DNA of 64,000 nucleotides from Macrostomum lignano (Eukaryota): NCBI GenBank assembly GCA_002269645.1, contig NIVC01003468.1, positions 1 to 64,000 of the forward strand, read 5' to 3'. Shown piece by piece: positions 22,689 to 34,807 of this stretch (position 1 is its first letter; each line of letters starts with the position of its first letter). The notes under the pieces were generated by a model. It saw only the letters and a program-made list of their open reading frames with translations, ran no database searches and was not told where the DNA came from. The position numbers and the translations under genes were made by a program.

Positions 22689-25600
22689 TCAGGCCTTCAC
22701 TTTGCTGCTCGGGTCGCCCAGCGGAGGCGGGCCGCCCACGGCGTCGCCAAGGCCGCCGGCCCCCGGCCCGGTCTCCGCCTCCTCGTCGCTGTCCTCCTGC
22801 GTCAGCGGCTGAAAGCCCTCCCGGTCGCGGATGCCACCGGGGCCGCCGCCCAGAAGGGATTTCCGGCCGGCTCCGATGCGGCCGCTGTCCCTGCGGCGAA
22901 GCTTCAACAGGGCGACGGCGAGCACCACGACGAGCAGCGGCAGCAGCAGCAGCAGGCCGATGAGCAGCGAGGCCTGCGAGTCCCGCACCAGCACCAGCGC
23001 CCGCTCGTGCACCGTCCGCTGGCCGGCAAAGTGGTCGGGCGAATTCGACTGGGCGGTCAGGCCGGACACGGAGAATTTCCACAGCCGGCCGGGCACCTGC
23101 GGCGAAGGCGGTAGAGCTTCAGCTACCCTTGCAGCTGTCTGCCGAATTCGACCTACTCTACACTGCCCACTATCGCTTCACTCTATGCACTGTCTAGTCT
23201 ACCCTAATTTACCGCACTTTAATCTGCCCCACCCAATCTACCCACCCAATCTGCCCCACCCCAATCTACCTCACCCCACCCAATCTACCCACCTAATCTA
23301 CCCACCCAATCTGCCTCACCCCAATCTACCCACCAAATCTGCCCCACCCAAATCTACCTCACCCCAATCTACCCACCCAATCTACCCACCCAATCTACCC
23401 ACCCAATCTACCCACCCAATCTACCCACCCAATCTACCCACCCAATCTACCCACTCAATCTACCCCACCCAATCTACCCCACCCAATCTACCCCACCCCA
23501 CTCTGCCCCGAAGAACCCGGTCCCACCTGAATCTCGGCCACCAGCAGAGCCGCCCCGCCGGCAGCCACGGCCATCGCATGCGGCCGGGTGAAGCTGCCCC
23601 AGGCCTGCCGCACCGCCCCGCTGGTGGGGTCCACCGTGAGGCCGTGGCCGCTGCCGCTGACGGCGTACATCTGGCGGGCCTCAGGCGAATAGGCCACCGC
23701 GTACACGGAGTCGCCGAACTCCTTGGAGGCGAAGCGACGCTCGGACCGGCCGGTCTCCCAGTTCCAGCACTCCACCCGGGCCCGCTCGCGGTCCGCCACG
23801 CAGACCAGGCGGTCGGCCTCGATCAGCGCCAGGCTGTGCGGCACCACCAGCACCCCGTCGGCACTTTGAAACTCGCGCTTGAAGGAGCCGTCGGGGCCGA
23901 GCATCACCACCCGGTGGTTGCAGTAGCCGTCGGCCACAAACACGTCGCCTGCGCTGCTGGTCACCGCGTCGGCCGGCTGGCAGAAGCCGCGCTTGCCGTC
24001 GGCGGGTGTCAAGCGGACGCCCACAGTCAGCAGGGGCTTGTGGTCCGGCGAGAACTTCAGCACCTGCGGGGGCGGGCGGGGTGATGCGCGACTGTCAGGC
24101 GTGAGTGCCACGTAGTTTAAATGAGTGACAGTCAATCAGAAATGAGTGACAGTCAATCAGAAATGAGTGACAGTCAATCAGAAATGAGTGACAGTCATTC
24201 TGAAATGAGTGACAGCCATTCTGAAATGAGTGACAGTCAATCAGAAATGAGTGACAGTCATTCTGAAATGAGTGACAGTCATTCTGAAATGAGTGACAGT
24301 CAATCAGAAATGAGTGACAGTCATTCTGAAATGAGTGACAGTCAATCAGAAATGAGTGACAGTCATTCTGAAATGAGTGACAGTCAATCAGAAATGAGTG
24401 ACAGTCATTCTGAAATGAGTGACAGTCAATCAGAAATGAGTGACAGTCAGTCAGAAATGAGTGACAGTCAATCAGAAATGAGTGACAGTCCATCCGGGAT
24501 CCCAACCTGATGCAATCCGACATCAGTGATCCAGAAGTTGCCCTGGGCGTCAATGTGCAGGCTGTGGGGCATGAAGAAGACTCCGCGGCCCCAGCCGGAG
24601 ATCACCCCGCCGCTGGCGTCCAGCTCCAGCACCGTGTCCTCGTTGATGGCGCCCTCGCTCTGTAGCGCGTCGGACAGTCGGTTGTCCGGGTCGAAGGCGC
24701 CCGGGCCCCACACCCTGGCGCCGCGGTGGAACACGAAGACTCGGCCGTCTGGACCTGCGGCAACTCCGCTGATCTGCCGGATGAGCAGCAGGGGCGGGGG
24801 GGTCGGTCGGTGTCAGCGGTGACCGATAAATGAGATCTTTTTGATCAGGCTCCTTCACATCCCTTGAAACCTTAACCCTAAATTCCATCCCTGAACCCTA
24901 AACACCACTCCTGAACCCTAAACTCCACCCCTGAACCCTAAACTCCACCCCTGAACCCTAAACTCCACCCTGAACCCTAAACTCCACCCCTGAACTCTAA
25001 ACTCCACCCCTGAACCCTAAACTCCACCCCTGAACCCTAAACTCCACCCCTGAACCCCAACTCCAACCCCTGAGCCTTGGTCCATCCCATCCCCACACCA
25101 CCCCAGCAGCAGCAGAAGGCGCCCCCCCACCTGTCCGAGCTGCCGGCCACCCGGCCGCGGCCAGTCGGGCACAGCGGCCACTTTATGCGCAGCAGCCGCG
25201 GCCGGAGGCGGGTGCGGGACGCCCTTCCTCGGCGCCGTAGCCTTGGCCGCGTAGGCAAAGGCGTCGGCGGGCGCCTCGCTGGGCAGATAGTCCAGCGAGT
25301 CCTGCGGGATTTTGCGCCAAAGCCGGCGCGACTCCGTCGAAGCATCCGGGCCGCCGCCGCCGCAGGAGAAGATGTCACCGAGCTTGGCCCCGGCCGGCGT
25401 GGAGAACATGATGTAGAAGTTGCACATCTCGTCGTTGTGAGTCGAGCCGATGTGGTGCGCCTGAGTCTCGCCGGTGGCGTCGTAGACGCACCTGGCCGCC
25501 AGGTAGTCGCCGTTTCTGATGGAGATGCCCGGTCTGGCCGGGTAGAAGGCCTGCGCCCACTGCGGGCTGGCCCGCCCGATCTCCTGCACATCCTGCAGGT

Positions 25601-26747
25601 CGGGGCTCAGGCGGTAGCCGACAATGGCCCGGCTGAGCGCGTGGGCGTGCGTGCGGAACGCGAACGGCCGCATCTCTGAGCTGCCCGAGTACCTGACGGC
25701 CGGGAGCAGAGGGGAGGGAGGCTTGGGATCAAAATGGGATCAAAACTACTAATAGTTATTGGGGTAGCGAAAGGACTTTGAGAGAATACGTCCGATTTTC
25801 GATAGGGGGGAAACAGAAAGGAATCAGGGAGTCTGGGATGAGGATAGAGATAAAGGGGATCGGGAGTCTGGGATGGAGATGGAGATGAAGGGGATCGGGA
25901 GTCTGGGATGGAGATGGAGATGAAGGGGGTCGGGAGTCTGGGATGGAGATGGAGATGAAACTGATCGGGAGTCTGGGATGGAGCTGAAGGGGATTAGGAG
26001 TTTGGGATGGAGATGGAGGTGAAGGGGATCGGGGAGTCTGGGATGGAGATGGAGATGAAACTGATCGGGAGTCTGGGATGGAGCTGAAGGGGATTAGGAG
26101 TTTGGGATGGAGATGGAGATGAAGGGGATCAGGGAGTCTGGGATGGAGATGGAGATGAAACTGATCGGGAGTCTGGGATGGAGCTGAAGGGGATTAGGAG
26201 TTTGGGATGGAGATGGAGATGAAGGGGATCGGGGAGTCTGGGATGGGGATTGAGATGAAGGCGATGGGGAGTCTGGGATGGAGCTGAAGGGGATCGGGAG
26301 TCTGGGGTGGAGATGAAGGGGATCGGGGAGTCTGGGATGAAGAGAAAGGGGGTCGCGGAGACAAGGGAACATTAAAGTACGGTGGGTAATCCTTGAAGAC
26401 GGTTCAAAATATTGAATAAGCAGTGAGCCCAAACACCACACTCGGTTTTCCTGTATTCCTGTCAAACCGGAAGCGAGCAGCAAAAGAACAGGATATTTTC
26501 CCCTTAATCAGATCCAGCCACATGCTGAGCAAGTCTTGCGGTTTGTTGAGTCGAGACCAAGGAGACCACTGAGGAAGGGAGAAAGCCAGAGGAACTGGGG
26601 GGGGGGGCGAGTCTACAAGCTGCAGAAACCTAAGGAGAGCCCCATGTGTCCTTGAGAACATGTACAGCGTAGGAAAGAGAGTAAGGTTGGGGAAGTCGAG
26701 AAACAGGGCAGACAAGAAGGCAGATGATGCAGCTCAGCACATGACTG

Positions 26748-26822
<75 letters not shown>

Positions 26823-29005
26823 CCAGATGTTTGCTGCGTGAGCCAAGGCCATTGGGGATAAGTTGTAATAAAAGTATGCTCCAGGTTGAAGAGCTGTCAT
26901 TCCTCTCGGGCACAGGACAACTGGCATAAATAAAATACTGGGTGGGGAATTAATTCTCTGCCAGTTCGGACTAGACTGGCTGTATTCCTGAGGTGGGGAA
27001 TTAATTCTCTGCCAGTTCGGACTAGACTGGCTGTATTCCTAAGGTGGGGAATTAATTCTCTGCCAGTTCGGACTAGACTGGCTGCAATCCTGAGGTGGGG
27101 AATTAATTCTCTGCCAGTTCGGACTAGACTGGCGACAATCCTGAGGTGGGGAATTAATTCTCTGCCAGTTCGGACTAGACTGGCTGCAATCCTGAGGTGG
27201 GGAATTAATTCTCTGCCAGTTCGGACTAGACTGGCGACAATCCTGAGGTGGGGAATTAATTCTCTGCCAGTTCGGACTAGACTGGCTGCAATCCTGAGGT
27301 GGGGAATTAATTCTCTGCCAGTTCGGACTAGACTGGCTGTATTCCTGAGGTGGGGAATTAATTCTCCGCCAGTTCGGACTACACTCGCCTGCAATCAGAT
27401 TTCAACAGACATCCCAATTTTCTCCTGTGATCCTCATTACAGCTAGATCTGCTGTGAGGCCCTGGTCGCACCTGTTAGTCCCATCTGTGACCAGAAAATA
27501 ATGTTTATGAAGGAGCTCCAGATTTGGGAAGGCGGAGACAGAGTTGGGGAAGAGGGTAGGAAAATCGATGCCCCCGTCATTTTGGGATAATTATCCCACT
27601 CTCTACCCAGATTCCCTGGATAGGCGGAGGCACGCGCGAGAAAAATTCCTCTGTCAGACTGGCCGGCCCGTGAGCCCGGGTTTGATGGAGAATGCGTACG
27701 GAGGCTGGGAAGGAAGCTGCGTGTCCTGCATAGTCATAATGGATGGGTGTCCGCTTCTCCATAGGATCAGTAAAAGTGCAACAGCTGCTCAATATCTAAT
27801 AGCCTACAATCTGAGCTGGACAAAGTTTATGGCACTGCTCATAGTTTTTACTGGGGCAAGAGAGGAGACCGGCTGACTCCGACACTCCCAGCAGGGTATC
27901 CCCTCCGATACTCCAGCGGGTATCCCCTCCGATACTCCAGCGGGTATCCCCTCCGATACTCCAGCGGGTATCCCCTCCGATACTCCCAGCAGGGTATCCC
28001 CTCCGACACTCCAGCGGGTATCCCCTCCGACACTCCCAGTAGGGTATCCCCTCCGACACTCCAGCGGGTATCCCCTCCGACACTCCCAGTAGGGTATCCC
28101 CTCCGACACTCCAGCGGGTATCCCCTCCGATACTCCAGCGGGTATCCCCTCCGACACTCCCAGCAGGGTATCCCCTCCGACACTCCCAGCAGGGTATCCC
28201 CTCCGATACTCCAGCGGGTATCCCCTCCGATACTCCAGCGGGTATCCCCTCCGACACTCCAGCGGGTATCCCCTCCGATACTCCAGCGGGTATCCCCTCC
28301 GACACTCCAGCGGGTATCCCCTCCGACACTCCAGCGGGTATCCCCTCCGATACTCCAGTCCCCTGCCACCCATTGCAAGCCACCCGCACGGCTGCTCCCA
28401 AGAACGCACTTGCAGGAGACGTCCAGGGTGGCGTGCTGCGCCCCCGGCTGGATGCTGCCGCTGTAGGCCATCATCAGGAAGATGCCGGCTGTGAATGGCT
28501 GCGGCCGGCTGCTCAGCTGCAGGTTCACAGCGGAGCGGTCGGGCTGACTGCGGCCGTGGAGGTAGTGCACCTGGATCACGATGTACTGGATGCTGCTGGC
28601 GCCGCCAATCACGAAGCCCGTGTTGGCGGGCAGGCGCAGCTCGGGGGCGTTCCGGGCCCAGGCGTACACAATCTTGGAGCCGCCGCTGGAGCAGATGCCG
28701 CCGCAGTCGCCAACTTTGCCCGGCTCCACTTGCGGCCGCTGGCAGCCGTAAAGCAGCACGTGGTGCGCCACAGACATGTCGGAGAGGGCCTGGAAGCCCA
28801 CGATGTAGAGCTCCTTGCCCGCGTTTGCCGGGACTTTGGTTGATGAGCACAGGTAAGAATCGTCATGGGTGGGCGCTGCGCCAGGCATCTCCACCTTCAG
28901 CACCTGCTGCTGCTCAGGGGTGTCAGCAGGCGCTGAGCAGGCTGGGGTGGCCAGCAGCAGGAGAGGCAGAGTGAGAATCTGCCACTGACTTGACTTGAAA
29001 ACCAT
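22689..29005 (-). CDS. PAM: Bifunctional peptidylglycine alpha-amidating monooxygenase (PHM+PAL+TM), 5 exons, about 789 aa
   Basis: Exons 29005-28410, 25692-25131, 24773-24507, 24063-23527, 23096-22689, all GT-AG and phase-compatible. PHM ligands HHVLL, QVHY, THAH, DEMCN; PAL motifs MPHSL, DGYCN, VPHSL, DRE, RPHAM; TM helix; acidic tail EGFQPLTQEDSDEE. Confidence 0.93.
23222..23500. repeat. C-rich minisatellite in PAM intron 4
   Basis: CCACCCAATCTAC-type units. Confidence 0.85.
24119..24490. repeat. 21-bp minisatellite in PAM intron 3
   Basis: GAAATGAGTGACAGTCAATCA / ...CATTCT variants. Confidence 0.95.
24890..25052. repeat. 19-20-bp minisatellite in PAM intron 2
   Basis: CCCTGAACCCTAAACTCCA units. 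Confidence 0.9.
25818..28358. repeat. Three different arrays plus a GA tract in PAM intron 1
   Basis: GGGAGTCTGGGATGGAGAT-type (~25818-26340), 51-bp unit (~26936-27385), 24/25-bp CAGCGGGTATCCCCTCCGATACTC (~27880-28358). Confidence 0.9.
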
Positions 29006-30713
29006 TGCTCAGCTATCAGCTGGGATGCTGTGCATTCATAAGTTGGAAAAGCTTGAATAATTACAATTTGTCAAAAAGCAAGCCTAATCTTAAATTATTT
29101 ACATGATTCAAGAATCAAGATTATGGGATTGTCTGACTTTAAATATCATTCAAAGTGTAAGATACAAATTATAAAAATGAGCACAATATATTTTCAATTA
29201 TTAATAAAATTATCATAAAAGATTCATAAAAAGATTCACATTATATATAATATAGAAACTAAATGTAAAAGCATATACACTACTTTAAAAAAAAACTTAC
29301 ATGCCTTTTGTTATAAAATCCAGGAATGGAAGTTTAATAAAAAGCAATAATTTAAGTTAATGTCCAACTTGGCCAAGGTCATAAGTGCATATGTACACAA
29401 GTGGCAATTTGGTCATTAACTTAAATTCTTGCTTCATATTAGCTACAATCTATATTCTTGGCTTAAAAAAAATACCATACAAGTTTTTTTTAAAACGAAA
29501 ATAAATATCATAGCATAAATAGCCTATTATAGATTTATAACTTTGAAGCATCAATGCAACAATTTTTAGAAAGATTTTGTTTGTCTGTCAATAGGCCTAA
29601 TTAATATCAATTGTAGCTCTCAATACAACAATAGTCAATGTATGAAATGTTCACTATTTTATGACCATCTAAAGGCTAAAAAATTGCAAGTCTCAAGCTT
29701 ATCAGCATTTTGAATACTTTGTCAAAATCAGTAAATATATAGGCCTAAATACAGAGAAAGTCAATATCATATGAAAAAAGAATGACCACTTTCATTTGTT
29801 ATTAAGCCCTACAACAGAATGAGTGACAGACAAGTTATATTATCTCGAGCACTAGTGTAGTGGGCATAAGTAAAAGCTATTTCACTTTTTTGAAAATTCG
29901 AAAGTGAATTAAATCATATAACAATACAGAAAAACTCAGTGTGCGAATTTATCTGATTATAAAAATATTCTACTTTTTTGAATTAAATTTACGGTTGTTT
30001 TATTTGCAGGAAATTAATAACAAATTATACTAAAAAGTTCTTAGAGTTAAAAATTTTAAGACTAAAGTAAAGCATTTAAAAAATAGATTTTTTTCTGTCT
30101 GTTTTTATCAGAAATGCATATTTTAATTTCTTTATAAAAGTAATCCAAATTGCGAAAAAGCAGATATTTTTGAAACCGCACTAATGCTCATAAAATCCTT
30201 AAATGTCATACATAAATGTTAGCCTGAGCTTGAATTCTTTTGCCAAGCAATGCACTGTACTCAAAGGAAATGTTAAAATTTTAGCGGCTTGCGAAAAACG
30301 AAGTAAGTTGCAAGCGAGAAAAGTAAAAGCTTTACGCGTCAGGTATAAATAATTGCACTGCACGCTATCATCACATGGGGAGGTGCGCCAAAAAGGTGGC
30401 ACGAACCCCCCCCCCCCCGACTTAGCATATTGACTGTCTGTCCGAGTACACCCACACCCAGCTTGGCGGGCAGGGGGTTTCAGTGCAGATGTACTCGCAA
30501 TCGCTGGCTGCGTGCTGATTAGGCCGCCACATTGTAAATAAGACTCCAAAATGTTACTGTTTCAATAGGCCTGCTTTAATGAATCGTACATATGTAGTTC
30601 TGGAATACGGGCAATTCTCATTCAGATAGGTATTACCCTATTATAAAGAAAAGAATCCGTCGCAAAATATTAACTTCCGCACTGCAATATCCATTATTTT
30701 GAAAATGTACGTA

Positions 30714-32058
30714 CGAGGTGTATTCAAAAAGTTCTTTTCGGTGCCCTACAAAACTGAACACAAAACAACTGGAACTATGAAAACACTGTTAGATTGCTTA
30801 ACATGATTCTGTCACTCAACATATTCACCGCCAATGTCTTTGCACTTCTGCCAGCGATTTACCAGGCCTCTGATTCCGGAACTCACACCACTCGCGTCCG
30901 TTTGGCGAACAGCTTGATTGCATGCAGCTTCGATGTGCTCGACGCTGTCAAATCGAATGCCCCGAAGGTGCTTCTTCACAGATGGAAATAAGAAGAAGTC
31001 GCACGGCGACAAATCAGGCGAATAGGGTGGATGTTGGAGCACTTCCCAGCCCCATTTGCTCAGGAGTTCCACGACGTTGTGCTTGCGATGTGCTGGCGCA
31101 TTGTCGTGCAGCAGGATCACGCCAGATTCCAGCAGACCAGGGCGCTTCTTTCGTATTGCTGGGCGCAGCTTCTCCTGCAGAATCCACTTGTAGTAGTCCC
31201 CATTGACGGTGGTTCCTTGTGGGACTGCCCAGTTCAGCAGGATTCCTTGGGAATCAAAAAACATGACGTGCATGATCTTTATCGCGCCCTGCTTCCTGAT
31301 GGCCTTCTGAGGTCTTGGAGAATGTGCTGGAAGCCATTCGGCAGACTGGGCCTTTGTCTCAGGATCCCAGCTGTAAACCCACGTCTCGTCTCCAGCAACA
31401 ATTCTTGATAGAAAATCCTCCCCTTCTCGATGGAACCGACGCAGGTGGCTGCTTGAAGCCAGAGTTCGCTGCATCTTTTGCTCACCTGTCAGCAGGTGTG
31501 GCACCCACTTGCAGAACTTTTTCTGTAGGAGAAGACGCTCAGTCAGAATAATGTGGACGCTTCCACTGACACACCAACGTCTTCTGCCAACTCTTCGCAA
31601 GTCCGTCGCCGATCATCATCCAAGAGCTCTTGCACTTTCTTCACAACAGTCTCTTTGGTTGCAGTCATCGGCCTTCCAGAGCGGCCATTGTCCTCAACGC
31701 TCTCTCTTCCCTCAGCGAACAGCCGGTACCATTTTCGAACTGTCTGCTCAGTTGGTGCACAGTTGCCAAGCACTTGCTGAAGCTCCCTAAACATATCCGG
31801 TGGCTTTTTTCCTTGCAGAAACTGAAACTTCATCAAGCTTCGAACGTCTTGCTTTGAAAATGATTCAGCCATGGCCAAGAAATTGAGTGGCAGCTGATAG
31901 AAATGTTCGCTGCTCTAACATAGTTGCAAACTGAGACTTAAAACCCTAGGAACGTTTAGGCCATAGACATAACTTGGTAAAATCGCTAAAATTCTGCTTA
32001 CAACGCTTTCTAAAAATAAATGCCAAAGGACCGAAAAGAACTTTTTGAATAAACCTCG
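30714..32058 (-). mobile_element. Full-length mariner (Tc1/mariner, DD34D) transposon, 1345 bp
   Basis: 29-bp TIRs CGAGGT(G/T)TATTCAAAAAGTTCTTTTCGGT with 1 mismatch; TA at 30712-30713 and 32059-32060. Confidence 0.95.
30812..31878 (-). pseudogene. Mariner transposase with a single 1-bp frameshift near 31560
   Basis: HTH region (31878-31543), then WVPHLLT, IVAGDETW, LLHDNAPAH, YSPDLSPCDF; 34 residues separate the 2nd and 3rd Asp. Adding one G (GTG GGA AGC) joins the frames. Confidence 0.9.
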
Positions 32059-32369
32059 TAGCTTCTAAAGAAGGCACGTTTCATCTCATAAAACATAGAT
32101 CCATAAAGATTTTAAGGATATATTGAGTGTTTAGTGTTTACAAAATAAAATACAGAAGAACGCAGATAATTATGTCTTTCAGTATTATGAAATTTAAATT
32201 AGCACAATTCAATTCAAGCCATAGATTGTCTAGGTGCCCGATATTTATATATCGCAAACAGACCGCAAAAATTAGGTATTTATCAACCAAGTTCCAATTC
32301 TTGATAATTTTTTACGCAAAATTGCTCGGTTTTTTAATTAAAGTTTGAATCTACACCTCAGCTGATAGC

Positions 32370-32585
32370 ATGGTTTGCTATGTACGCCTTGTCGTGGTGC
32401 TTCTCCTCGCACAGATTCTACTGACGCAGGCTGTCACAAGTTCAGGCCTCAACAATGGCACTCGCGTCAGAAACAAACGATTCTACTGCCTGGGCCGGCA
32501 CGAGCGGTGCGCCTACAGCAGGGACTGCTGCAGCCGGAATTGCCTGATGCTGCTGGGCTTCGTTGGCATCTGCATCCCTCGTTGA
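32370..32585 (+). CDS. Secreted knottin / conotoxin-like (inhibitor cystine knot) prepropeptide, 71 aa
   Basis: Signal peptide, short propeptide ending RNKR, 34-aa mature peptide with C-X6-C-X5-CC-X3-C-X9-C framework; host-like GC-rich codons. Confidence 0.8.
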   Translation: MVCYVRLVVVLLLAQILLTQAVTSSGLNNGTRVRNKRFYCLGRHERCAYSRDCCSRNCLMLLGFVGICIPR

Positions 32586-33030
32586 GTCATGATCGCTGCG
32601 CATGCAGCTTCGATCGTATCTTGACATGAATCTTGCCTACGGAGCCAATGTGGAAATCTTTATTTACTTTGAGAAACTATGAATGATTTTTTCTTTTAAC
32701 TTGAAGTAAACTACACTTTGAAGCAATTAATTTGATCTAACAATACATTTAAAAAATAATTTGTGTCAATAGAAGGCGAGACTCGTTTATCTTGTCTATC
32801 TTGACCTTTGTTTATCTTGCATTGCGCGGTTGCCTGATATTTGCGTGAATAATAATGCAAGAATGAAGATCCCACACGCAGATAGAAATTCAAAATCCTG
32901 CAACCAAAAGAATTATCGGTAAAAACGCTGTCATAGTACTGCTACTATCAGTAGTATAAAAATAAAGTATAGTATAAAAGTGTCGCATTTCGAGGAAGCG
33001 TACATGAAGGCGGTGCAGCCAGCCGCTCTG

Positions 33031-34751
33031 CTAGAGGCCGACCATCGCGCTGGCCGGGTGTCCAGCCGGGCACGGTCGGAACGCGAACCCGCCGCTGTCA
33101 TCGTCGCTGATGCCGCCGTTGCCGCTACCGCCGTTGCCACCGCCGCCGCCGCCGGCCCGGCTTCGGCACCTGCAGCAGCAGCTGGCGAGCTGGGCGGCCA
33201 GCAGACGCAGGGCTACGCGGAAGTCCCTCAGACAGGCGCAGTGGATGAGGAATCGCCAGCCGCAGTTGCCAACCGCCGTCCAGAAGGAGAAGAAAATTGC
33301 AGCGGCTGGCAGCGAGCCACCCGAGCGGGCGTCGGCGACCTGGACGGAGGCCCAGACGGTCCAGGTGGCCAGCTGCACCGCTGTGGCGGCGAACACGTCG
33401 CGGTAAAATGCCTCACGAGTGTCTTCAAAGCTGCTGCCGTCGCCGCCGCCGCCGCCGCCGCCACCGCCGGAGCTGCTCGCTGCCGCCTCAACGCCGAGCT
33501 CGCCTTCGAAGGTCAGGTAGCGAAGTCGCATCCGGCGGAAGCTGGGCGTCAACAGGTAGCCGTTGGTTGCGCAGGCAGCCAACAGGGCGGGCAGCAGCAC
33601 CACGGAGCAGACGGCCAGGTGGTAGCCCGACTCCTGCGGGCCGCGGCGAGGACACTTGAGCAGATGCCGAAGAAAAAAGCGGAAGTCGAATGGGGTGAAG
33701 CGGGAGTGGGATGGGGTGAAGCGGGAGTGGGATGGGGTGAAGCGGGAGTGGGATGGGGTGAAGCGGGAGTGGGATGGGGTGAAGCGGGAGTGGGATGGGG
33801 TGAAGCGGGAGTGGGATGGGGTGAAGCGGGAGTAGGATGGGGTGAAGCGGGAGTGGGATGGGGTGAAGCGGGAGTGGGATGGGGTGAAGCGGGAGTGGAA
33901 TGGGGTGAAGCGGGAGTGGGATGGGGTGAAGCGGGAGTGGGATGGGGTGAAGCGGGAGTGGGATGGGGTGAAGCGGGAGTGGAATGGGGTGAAGCGGGAG
34001 TGGAATGGGGTGAAGCGGGAGTGGGATGGGGTGAAGCGGGAGTGGGATGGGGTGAAGCGGGAGTGGGATGGGGTGAAGCGGGAGTGGAATGGGGTGAAAC
34101 GGAAGAGAAGCGGAAACGAAGGGAAGAGAAGCAGGTGAAGCAGAGGATGAATCCGAAACTGAAAGCTCAGTAGAGGCCAACGGGAAGCACTGTCTCTGTC
34201 TACCCCACGAGGCTCCCCCACCGCACCTGGCCCCAGTTCACGAAGCAGGCCCCTGTTAAGTTGGAGAAGGCGGTGGCTTTGGCGGGGTCGCTGGACACGG
34301 CGGTGGGCAGCGCCACCAGCACGGCCAGGCCGGTCAGTGCGGCCAGCCAGCAGGCGGAGCGAGTCCGGGACAGCAGCGTCGGGTAGCGTCCCGGCCAGCG
34401 GAAGGCGGCGAAGTGGTCGCAGGCGGCTGCCAGCAGCAGGTAGGCGGCCAGCTGCAGCAGCGAGACGGCCAGGTAGCCGGCCAGCTCGCAGCCCCAGTGG
34501 CCGGACAGGCCGGCCGCCGCCCTGGCCAGATTTAGGCGAGCCGCGGCGGCCGCGGGCAGCAGCGAAAAGCCAGTCAGGAGGTCGGCGGCGGCCAGGCCGA
34601 CGAAGAAGACGAGGTTGGTGCGGCTGAGGGCCGCCCGGCAGCGGGGCGCGGCGGCCACGGCCAGGGTGGCCGAGTTGCCGGCCGAGCTCAGCAGGAGGAG
34701 GAACAACAGGTAGGCAAATTCCAGGCCGGCCAAGCCGCTGGCTACGGCCAT
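33031..34751 (-). CDS. Atypical class A (rhodopsin-like) orphan GPCR, 2 coding exons, about 375 aa (5' end may extend)
   Basis: Exons 34751-34227 and 33633-33031. TM1 GN, TM2 LAAAD, TM3 Cys, DHF in place of DRY, ECL2 Cys, three further TM segments, helix-8-like RDFRVAL and a CCC cluster. Confidence 0.8.
33690..34097. repeat. 21-bp minisatellite filling the GPCR intron
   Basis: TGGGGTGAAGCGGGAGTGGGA units. Confidence 0.95.
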
Positions 34752-34807
34752 CGTCTGACAGATGTCCGGCTGTGTCCGAGGGTCTGTCCGAGCTCTTGAG
34801 AGAAGCC

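Noticed and set aside
24890-25052. Interstitial telomere (CCCTAAA within the unit)
   Set aside because: It is a single heptamer embedded in a 19-20-bp unit, not tandem telomeric repeats.
22831-28974. Antisense or alternative-frame ORFs over PAM, lectin, GPCR and GRK2 exons
   Set aside because: These are typical shadows of GC-rich coding sequence.
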